DNA of 64,000 bases from Octopus vulgaris (Eukaryota): contig OX597815.1 in assembly GCA_951406725.2 (NCBI GenBank), forward strand, positions 25,606,001 to 25,670,000. Reading direction: 5' to 3'. The translations under genes and the position numbers were made by a program. How positions within the stretch are numbered: position 1 is the first letter of the stretch; each line of letters starts with the position of its first letter. The notes under the pieces are model-generated. The model ran no database searches, was not told the origin of the DNA, and saw nothing but the letters and a program-made list of their open reading frames with translations. This document shows, piece after piece, positions 54,008 through 64,000 of this stretch.

Positions 54008-54419
54008 GGATCTTTTCGGTTTGAACGGCAGTTTTTTAAAATAATTTCCACGTAACTAAACACTTTTAAACTTCGTATACCGGTAGAATGTGTTTATAAA
54101 ACATTTTTTTCTCTTGGCTTTATTGAGAAAATTCTATAGTTTGTAAGATATTTGTTGTTTTTTTTTCTTCAATTTCTGCAATTTCAACCAATCAATGACG
54201 TCTATTGAGGTGAAAACATTCTGTGCCGTATGAATATATCCCTCGATTAAGAAACAGATTGGGTTTATTTACATTTCTGAAGAAAAAAAGATACCCTTCC
54301 CCCACCCCTAACCTTAAAACAGATTGAAATGCAATAGATCGATACTTGGGTCATAATTATGGGTGACAATTTCATATGACACCGCTAGAAAAAACTGCCG
54401 TTCAAACCGAAAAGATCCC
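54008..54419. mobile_element. MITE with ~30-bp TIRs and 8-bp TSD (Merlin-like), inserted in a SINE family 2 copy
   Basis: GGATCTTTTCGGTTTGAACGGCAGTTTTTT mirrors AAAAAACTGCCGTTCAAACCGAAAAGATCC(C); TSD ACTATTCT at 54000-54007 and 54420-54427. Confidence 0.85.
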
Positions 54420-55450
54420 ACTATTCTGCCTGCTTGTTGCCTTAAGCCAATCAAAGAAATGAAAGCCAATAACTTTCTGGTCATTATTTGCTCGACCAAT
54501 ACAGAAAATAAACATTTGATACCAATTTAGCGAAGGATTAGAGATAAGAAGCAGTAGGTGTAAGAACTTTGTCATCTTATTTGCGGCACTGGTAAGGTAA
54601 TTGGGCGGAATTAATCGACTGCGCCGTTCTTCACTATAAGTAGCTATGTAGCAATGTCAGAAAGCCGATGAAGGCCAGCAGGTAGAAACTTCGAAGTTAC
54701 TGTCACCACTCTTCTTGTAAGATTATTACAACTATGTTCTCTACAAAAAGTATTGAGTGATCTTGCAATTTAATGTAAAATTGTTTTTATCACAATTCAA
54801 CATCACACGCGCGCGCGTACGTATATACATGTGACGGGAAAATGTCTTGCAGCATTTTGCTGCAGACTGCTACGTTACGAGTTCAAATCCCACCGAGGTT
54901 TCGACTTTGTCTTTTATTCTTACGAGTTCAATAAAATATGGATCAATCGATATATTCGACTACATTCATTCATAAAATTTTAGGTTTTGTGCTTCCGTTA
55001 GAAATTAACATTATTGGTAAAGTAGAGAGTGGTGCATCGGAGAATCGATATTTCGTGGGACAACACGTTGTACATCTCGTCTCTTTATAAGTTTGTGTTC
55101 GAATCCTGCCGAGGTCGACTTTGTCTTTCATTATTTCGAAGTCGACGAAATAAGTATCCATGAAGTGTCAGGGCTGATATTAGTAACTATACTTTCTCCC
55201 AAATTTGTGATTTAACAGAAATCAATTGGTGAAAATAATGGATAGTGTATGGCAGAAACGACAGAGTACTGACCTAAATGTTCTATAGTATTTAGTTATG
55301 CCCTTTTACGTTCTGAGTTCAAACCCTAATAGATCGATTTTCATCTCAGAGGGCCGATAAAATTAAATATTAGTGAAATAATTGAATTAAAGTAAATTGA
55401 CTGATACCAGCTCTCTTCCAAAAGTCGTTGCCTTGTGTCATTGTACGTAA

Positions 55451-55842
55451 TCTTTATATATAAAAGTAAGGTTGTGTGTCTGTTTCCTACGATTTAGATT
55501 CCTAACAACTCCCACATTTTGCGGTGCAGTTTAACCAAAACCGGGTATCTTATAGTCGTGATTCATATCGAGCCCTTCTGGGTATTAGCGTGCGTCTACG
55601 ATGAGTCTACGATTTTAAAAATAATTTACCATATTTTTTTCCATTTTAATGCATATTTCTTTTAATATAAGGGAAGTAACTCTCTAAAAATGTCTACGAT
55701 GAGCCAACGATTTAAAAAAAATTACCATCATATTTTTTCCATTTTTAATGCATTTTTTTGCTATTTTTTGGCTATAACTCTCTAAAAATGTTTTATAGTT
55801 ATTTCCCTTACAAACCCGAGCAACGCCGGGCGATACTGCTAG
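55451..55842 (+). mobile_element. Non-autonomous Helitron family A
   Basis: a|TC start, hairpin-CTAG|t end. Confidence 0.88.
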
Positions 55843-56064
55843 TGATTCTTAAAATACAAAGCAGCGAATTAACAGAGTTGTTAGAGAGTTGGATAAAACG
55901 TCTCGTGAGATTTGTTCTAACTTTTCGCTCTCAGTTCAAATCATGCCGAAGTCAACTATATCTTTCACCCTTTCAGTGTCAATGAAAAATTTAACAGTCC
56001 AGTCCAGAGTGGTGAGCAGGTGCATCTGTTTGATCGTTGGACAAGATGCCTTGCTGTATCTGTT

Positions 56065-56434
56065 GCTGTTGAGCGAACGGTCTTCATCCCAGAGATCGCA
56101 AGATGGGAGAAGTCCGAAACGTGGTCCTTTGCTATTCGTAAGACCCGCAGAAGAGAGAGCAGGTCAACCTCGACACCGAGAGCATCGACGGATGGATGAA
56201 TGCGCATCCAGGCTCAGCGGTTGCGTAGGAAGTCGGGGACAAGAAACAGGAAGAAAGAGTGAGAGAAAGTTGGGGCGAAAGAGTACAACAGGGGTCGCCA
56301 CCACCCCCTGCCGGAGCCTCGTGGAGCTCTAGGTGTTTTCGCTCAATAAACACACACAACGCCCGGTTTGGGAATCGAAACCGCGATCCTCCGACCGCGA
56401 GTCCGCTGCCCTAACCAATGGGCCATTGCGCCTC
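56065..56434 (-). mobile_element. SINE family 3 variant with an alternative 3' half
   Basis: Family 3 head and body down to ~56240, then an unrelated tail. 13-bp TSD TGCTGTATCTGTT at 56052-56064 and 56435-56447. Confidence 0.8.
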
Positions 56435-56900
56435 TGCTGTATCTGTTCCACCTCTTTGCGATCTTGTAGTAATGCCAGCGACACCACCAGTGCCAAGCTT
56501 TATTCGCTTTGTCTTGCCTTGCTTTCCTTTGGACAACATCGGTAGCGAAGAAAGAGGAGACTTGCATGCATGGAAAACAGCTAACCTTTCACAAAACTGA
56601 ACCCTGACAAGGCCTGTACATATAGGTGCAAATACATAGTCAGCAATAAAAAACGGAAGCCTTATTTGTTAAAATATTCGACTTATTGTCTTTCAACTAG
56701 TTATGCTACTGCCAGGGAAACATAGATAGTAAATATATTAACTCTCCAAAACATTTCCATAAATTTGTCGCAAACGTCCAAGCTTGTTTTCAAAATTTAG
56801 TTGACCCTTGTTTCATACGTTCTGAGTATTACAGAGCTTTCCTCTCTTAAGTCCGAAGTTACTCTGGTGGTTGAAAAAAAATGGGAATATAATTCATATA

Positions 56901-57132
56901 TATTTCTTTACTACCCACAAGGGGCTAAACACAGAGGGGACAAACAAGGACAGACAAAGGGATTAAGTCGACTACATCGACCCCAGTGCGTAACTGGTAC
57001 TTAATTTATCGACCCCGAAAGGATGAAAGGCAAAGTCGACCTCGGCGGAATTTGAACTCGGAACGTAACGACAGACGAAATACGGCTACGAATTTCGCCC
57101 GGCGTGCTAACGTTTCTACCAGCTCACCGCCT
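56901..57132 (-). mobile_element. SINE family 2, full length
   Basis: TSD TATAATTCATATAT. Confidence 0.88.
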
Positions 57133-57758
57133 ATAATTCATATATGATGCCTGGATGCCCGGAAAATATGTCCTGTATATCACACGTGAAACATAGGATA
57201 GGTAATGGGTTAAATTAGACACCGGAAAGCATTGCGCCAAAATCACAGACGCTGCTGTGAATGTGCAATAAAAGAAAACTCACAAATTCATTGTCTTTAA
57301 GCTGGCACCTATCGTATGTTTACACAACATGCAGGTGTTCTTCTGCAGTGATACACTTAATAGATCGAAATTCAGGCAGAAACTTAACTCATACGAAATG
57401 GGAAACAAACCTAGCAATTTGAAAAGAAACGTTTTGTCTGGTTATTTCTAAAGTAACTAAAACACGTTTGACGATTGCAACCAAATAGTTTTAAGTGTGG
57501 CAAGAAAAAAGATTTAGGGTGTTATTTTCTACTTTTAAGTTCGTCTAGGTGCAATAACAAGCGCAATTCAAAGCATTTATGACAGTTCCAGCCTCAAAAA
57601 GTAAGGTGTTGTGTGACGTAATACGTATACAATCACTTGTGTTTAACTATTTAACTATATAACCACTTGGTATTATTTACAAGCAGAAAAAATATTGCCT
57701 CGGGCCAAATTTACTCTCTCTCTCTCTCACACACATACACACACCACACACACACATA

Positions 57759-57820
<62 letters not shown>

Positions 57821-57891
57821 GTTGAGGGTGCATATGTATATATATATATATGTAAGAGAAATATATACATATGTATATATATATACGTATA

Positions 57892-57975
<84 letters not shown>

Positions 57976-59480
57976 GATAGATACACGCACACACACATAC
58001 ATACGTGCATACATACATATATATATGCATATACATTAAGGTCTTTGGAAAATTATGTAATACACCATTAAACTTCTTAATTCATTTAACAGTAAGGTTA
58101 AATTTAATTTCATTTAATTGGCAGTTGTAATAGCAGATTTTTATAAATTCACAAATGAATGACTTCAGTCTATGAATACAGCAATAAATAATTACAAACG
58201 ATATATCTTAGATATCAATGCACATTTCGATTCGTTTCACACATTCGTAATTATATACAAAGATGAACATTGTGGTTGAATGCAAATTTTAATATCAATT
58301 GAAATTTTTACGATGTCTTTAACTGTGATGGAAACAGTGCCGTAATTAGACGAATATATATATTTTCTCTCTATCTTGGTAAGACAGTATTTTTTTCAGT
58401 TGTATATAAACGTGCTCGCTTCGTTTCTCTTGTACGTTTTGGTCACTTTATATTCAATCCTTCGTGATTGACTGATATTTATATTAAAGATTCACAGGAA
58501 TGTATCTTCCTACGACACCTCAAGAAGCTGGTGGTCGCAAAAGCATATAGATATCCCGGAAGTTTACTGTAACGTAAATATGTGTACACTTTCTATACAT
58601 GGGTATAGTTGAGATGTATTCTTTCCGTTAACTCATTTCGTATAGACATTGGTCATTGCACATTTAGCAATGCCACCACCACTGCTGTTGGACAATTTCC
58701 GTCTGCTACTGATATATTTGTGTGTTTTTAACATTTACGTCTTTGAGTTGCTATCTCATTTCGAATACCGCAGTTAATTAGGCTTTCAATGACGCTTATG
58801 CTTTACTGTGGTACACAGATTGAAATTTCTATTTAATGCAAATCTCTCTATGAGTAAATGCCTCGATTACATGAAATAAGATATGTCTTGTGAAGTTAAT
58901 ATGTATTTAGCTATCACTTAATTTGGTCCTAAGCATTTAAGATATGACTCGTTGTAGTAAAAATATTCCCAACATTATCCGTCATACGACAGTGATGAAA
59001 CAGTATTATACTACAGTAAATTTTGAAAGCGTTACAATTTCATTCCCTCTACCTCACGTCATGGACGCTTCACTCTCCCTCTTTTCTCCCTCCCTCTTTT
59101 TCTCTCTCTTTCTTTTCTTCCTCCCTCTGTTTCTCTAATCACGCGAAAGCGTTACCGACGGGCTAAGTATCGTAATAACAAGCAGAATTATAAGATTTAA
59201 AAATCAATGCATTGACAGACTCGGTAGAGTAGTGGGTAAGACGTCTTACTATGTTTTTTGCATTCTTCTACGTTCTAAGACCATATCTCATCGACATTAT
59301 TAAAATAGGTACATTTTAATAGATATTGTTCTATCACCAAATTTGTAGTACTGCGCCTTTTAAACAATGCTTTTAGTGTTTTAATCGAGTTCAAATCATT
59401 GTCAAGGTCAACATTACTTTTCATCCTTTTGGTGGTAGGGGAGTCAATAAAATAAATTGCAACTTAAACTGATGATTTAA

Positions 59481-60298
59481 TCTCCTAATGTAATATTGGG
59501 CATAGTGTTTTTATATATTTGTACACATACATACACACACGCGCGCGCACACAAACACACACATACATATATATATGTCCAAAATCACGCAGTAGGAGTG
59601 AAAGGTGAAGGGAGAGGAGAGAAAATAGTAATTCAGTGAAGGAGAAGTAGTGAGAGTAATAGCTATGACTGAGAGGGAGTGAGAGGTAGTAATAGCAATG
59701 AGAGAGAGGAAGTGACAAAGAGACCGTCGTGTATCTTCTACTATATTAATCTACTATAATAATACTCTTGTGTATTTCTCCGTCACAACATATGAATGAG
59801 AAAGGAAGGGGAGATCCACCGATGGAAGTGGGATAGTGAAATGTCAACGGTGAAACAAAAATCAAACAGTGCTTCAACTGTGTATGAATAAATGTGTCTG
59901 TGTGTAAAAGAGAGGACTGTAAATGTTTGTGTGCGCGTGTGTGCATGTGTGTGTTTGTGTAAAATATATTTATATATTTGTGTGAGTCTATATGTGTTTG
60001 TGTATGTTTATTTAGAAAGATACATAGAAAATAGAATTATGCGCGCATTTGCACATACATATATATATATATAAACAGACACACTTAAAAAGCAAGGGAG
60101 CGGGCTGTGACAAAGTATAGAAAATCGCGTTCGCTACAGACTGTGCTACTCATACATTTAAATGCAGGCATATGCACGCGCACACACACACACACGCACA
60201 GAGTTGAAGCACTGTTTGATTTTCCCCCCCTTTTTATACCTTTTTATATATAGAATACTACAATTAGCCGTCATGTTTGACGGCACGGGGCTAGCTAG
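59481..60298 (+). mobile_element. Non-autonomous Helitron family C, longer copy
   Basis: a|TCTCCTAAT start; GCCGTCA-tgtt-TGACGGC hairpin; CTAGCTAG|t end; homologous to 14170-14605. Confidence 0.8.
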
Positions 60299-60438
60299 TT
60301 AACTATATCCTTCCAAGTAAAGCGGTCGGTTGTGATTGTCAGAAATCTGTATTTAAACCAAACAGCAAAAGATAAATTTAAAGATTTTAAATGTTTGATT
60401 TAAAACTTTTTTGTTAATTTTAATATTTTAAAATCATA

Positions 60439-60640
60439 AGGCGGTGAGCTGGCAGAATTGTTAGCTTGCCGGATAAAATGCTTACCAGCATTTCGTCCGT
60501 CTTTATGTTTGCTGTTCAAATTCCACCGAAGTCGACTTTGCCTTTCAGGGTCGATAAAATAAATACCAGTTGAAAATTCAGATCGATTTAATCGAGTTAG
60601 TCTCTCCCTCAAAACTCGCTGGCTTTGTGCCTAATTTCTT
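60439..60640 (+). mobile_element. SINE family 2, diverged
   Basis: Head and core match the family. Confidence 0.75.
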
Positions 60641-61642
60641 TACCAATATTTAAAAATCTATGCTTTTTTTTTTTTTTGCTTTTTCGCTATAATTTATTCA
60701 TTTTCTTTCAAGTCCTATTTTTATTCTGCCTTACGTCAGAAGACTATCATCTCTCCACGGTAAAATCTTGAAACTTCTCCCCAATTTCCAGTTGCTTCAA
60801 TACACGATGTCACTGAATTATTCGTCTCTGTCTAGTGGCAGAATACTGCATCTCACGCATGTCACAGAGTCAATAACAGGAGAGGAAAAAGAAAGCTATA
60901 TTATCGGTTAAGTTTTTACATTTTGTTGCAACTTAGCACGAAAGATCCCGAGATTTAATCTCGTCATTCTATCCTGCTTGTTACCGTCGTCATTATTTCT
61001 CGTTGTAGAGAAATGCTACTCTCAAAGCAAAAACCACTGCGTGTTCGCTATTTTCATGGCGTGAAAAGACTCCCTTCAAATGCTGTCTCTTATTGCCACC
61101 TTCAGACAATGGCTTCTGTCAATTTTCGTTCACATTTGCTGGAAGGTATTTAAGTGTCACGTCTTTGCACTTGACTCCTTTTGACATTGACTTAACTTTG
61201 ACATTGACATTTAGCGTATTTAACTTTAAACCACTTACGGTTTTCTGATTAACTTAGCATATCTAACTTCTATTGACATTATCTTTCATGTTGAATCAAC
61301 TTAACACGGAGATAGCTTTGTCTTGGAACCGTTGAAGAAGGAGAGGTAAGAGGAAGCGATAGATAGATAGAGAGAGAAAGAGACAGAGAGAGAGAAACCA
61401 AATACGAGAGAGAAAACAGAAGGACGATGAGTTGAAAAACAAATTGACTGCAAAGTGAGCCACTGTTTCGTTTTATTAGCCCTATCAAACCTACAGAAAT
61501 ATAGAAATATTTCAGAAGTATTCTTTTTCTTGATTTCTTCTTCCTTGGATGTATTAATATTTTTTGTAACTCACTACGACTACTCATTTAAAAGCGAAAT
61601 GAGCAACTGAGTAACGATACTGCAGTAGCTACTCATATATAT

Positions 61643-61885
61643 ATAATAAAAGGGCAAATTAGTTAATTAATCAATTAATCAATTAATAATTAATAATTTT
61701 ACTAAGTAGATCGGGACGTTAAAATAACCGTTTTAGGTAAAATTATACAAACATGCTATAATTATAAACATAATTATAATTAAGGGTCGGCTAATTGCTT
61801 GCCACGCACCGAATTTAGAAATAGGAGCTAAAATTCCTTTTCTAAATTCGGTGCGTGGCGAAGCAATTAGCTGACCCCTAATTAT
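61643..61885 (-). mobile_element. Truncated Penelope-like pLTR end with fold-back inversion
   Basis: Homologous to 26092-26280; ~46-bp inverted arms at 61776-61821 and 61839-61885. Confidence 0.65.
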
Positions 61886-63089
61886 GTATATATATATATA
61901 TGCGCTTAAATTCCCGGTTGACATTTTGTTGTATTTCTAGGAAGGGTACTTTATTCATTAATGGTTACGTTCTACTAGCTTTTGAAAGTCGGTATCAGCT
62001 CGTCCGTGTCAGGAAAAGCGTTGACCTTATTCACTTCATACTTAACAAACTAGAATCGATTTCCTCGAAATATTTGAAACATTTGCATTTACTGCAACTA
62101 ACCATTGTGATTGTGAGCCCATACAAAAGCATCAAAGAGAAAATTTAAATCATAGATAAATTTGCCTTAGATATTAGCAATTGATGTGATAGGTTCGCTA
62201 AATGATCGAAATATTATGAAAGAAAACTTTAGCGTGACAACTAAATACACCAATAGGTGTAAACAATTAGAGATTCTCAGAATAGGTTATTCCCATTTAG
62301 CATTATATAATACTGGGACCAAACTATATTTTGTAATGGCCTACATTTGATGTTTTACGCATGTATACTCTACAGATATAATACATAAAATCTTACAGAT
62401 AAAAAATATCCCCGCGTATCTCCTCTATTCCATTCGCTGGCAATGCTTAGGAAGGCATAAATTAATGAAATCCTGACACTAAAGACTATCTAAAAGACGA
62501 TAATTACTCAATGGCTCTCAAATGCTTTAGATTTGAATTTTTTTCAAAGAGGATCTATAACCCACAGAGTACTTTAAAGACCCCACTGTTGAGGACCCCT
62601 ACTATAATAATTATTGAGCAATACTATTAATTGCATTTAGCGATTGAGTGAATGAGTGAATGCAGAGTACCACTTTGGAGAAACAAGAGATTATAATTCA
62701 AGAAGCAATGAATGATGTAATTAATAATAGATATTACTTGTTAATTTGTAAGTAGGACATGTTTAAGTGTTTGTATTTTTGTGTTATCAGTGGTGTATTA
62801 AAGATTTCAGTTCTAGCTGTAATCTTATGGCGCAAGTAATTGTGGGAGGTGACATGCCAAATTATCTCACAAATGCGCTGTAGATTTGTAATAATTTATG
62901 TAAATATTTATTGATTATCAAGTGTTGTTGCTGTAACCTCTGTGGAAGTATTGGGTACACACTTTCCCATTCTATCCATTTGCCGATGAAATATTACTAC
63001 GTTTGTGTATTTGTGTGTTTGTCGGTGAATGTGTAGGTTTTTCTGAGTGTTAATGTGTGCGTATATGAGTGTATGTTTATATATATTTT

Positions 63090-63316
63090 TTTACTACCCA
63101 CAAGGGGCTAAACATAGAGGGGCAATCAAGGACAGACAAAAGGATTAAGTCGATTACATCGACCCCAGTGTGAAACTGGTACTTAATTTATCGACCCCGA
63201 AAGGATGAAAGGCAAAGTCGACCTCGGCGGAATTTGAACTCAGAACGTAACAAGCAGACGATATACCGCAAAGCATTTCGCCCTGCGTGCTAACAATTCT
63301 GTCAGCTCGTCGCCCT
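63090..63316 (-). mobile_element. SINE family 2, full length
   Basis: Head, core and tail match; flanking duplication GAGTGTAT(AT)GTTTATATAT. Confidence 0.85.
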
Positions 63317-63571
63317 AAGAGTGTATATGTTTATATATGCATGTAGAAGCTTTTACAATTCCTGATTTCGAATCATGTTGCGATTTATTTTACCTTTAAT
63401 CACAATCAATTGACAATTAAAACTGCTGCAGTACTAGCAACAGCAGCATAAATTGATTACAATAATGCTGGAACACTTGCGCTAACGTTCGGCTGCTAAC
63501 TGCTGTGGGTACTCTATCTTTCTCGAGTTACATCTCAGTTCTTGTTTTATTAGCTAATATTTTTGATATTA

Positions 63572-63943
63572 TCTCTCTCTAAAGCTGTCGTTGTCTGTGT
63601 ATGGCAGGTTTGGTAGCCTTCAACTAACACTATCTCCTCCGAGACCCTGCGGCGCAAGTTGACCAAAATTAAGAGTATGATAGAAGGCTTGCTCTTCCTT
63701 CCGAAGAAGAAAAAATTCAAATCGGACCATGTTAACACCAAAAATTATTTACATCAAAAAGGTGCTTTTTTTCTATGAAAATCCTTATTTTTATACGATT
63801 TTTTTACTGCTGTGTCGCCATTTTTCAGTGTATTTCAGCCAGAAAAATGTTCACAAGCTACATAATGCAAAATTTTTACTTTTCAAAAATTCCAATTCTA
63901 AAGGGTCGAAACAAACCCGAGCAACGCCGGGCGATACTGCTAG
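63572..63943 (+). mobile_element. Non-autonomous Helitron family B
   Basis: Homologous to 51599-51989; hairpin-CTAG|t end. Confidence 0.85.
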
Positions 63944-64000
63944 TATTAATAATACTCATTGTTGATTAGTCACGCTACATCATATAAAATTAACCTCCCT

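Noticed and set aside
62390-62440. Penelope RT catalytic motif on the minus strand
   Set aside because: Reading RYxDDIF needs a stop reversion, a frameshift and a substitution, and no other RT motifs are nearby.

Overview
AT-rich, repeat-saturated eukaryotic non-coding DNA. The SINE, Helitron and microsatellite content is typical of an Octopus (cephalopod) genome; this is an inference from repeat recognition. I found no intact host protein-coding gene, rRNA, tRNA or CRISPR array, and nearly all ORFs in the track are microsatellite or SINE artefacts. The window holds three tRNA-derived SINE families (many copies, including multimers and a fold-back copy), several non-autonomous Helitron families (TC...hairpin-CTAG), decayed RT/REL-endonuclease LINEs of the R4/Dong type, a Tc1 transposase remnant, a Merlin-like MITE, long-TIR relics and a homogeneous 42-bp minisatellite. 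The most notable signal is a set of minimal type I hammerhead ribozymes with palindromic stem III/loop 3: near-intact at 2181(+), 26361(-) and 50033(-), degenerate at 21260(-) and 54665(+). Two of them lie in Penelope-like pseudo-LTR families that show 5' fold-back inversions. One SINE family inserts as tandem multimers and as a similar fold-back.
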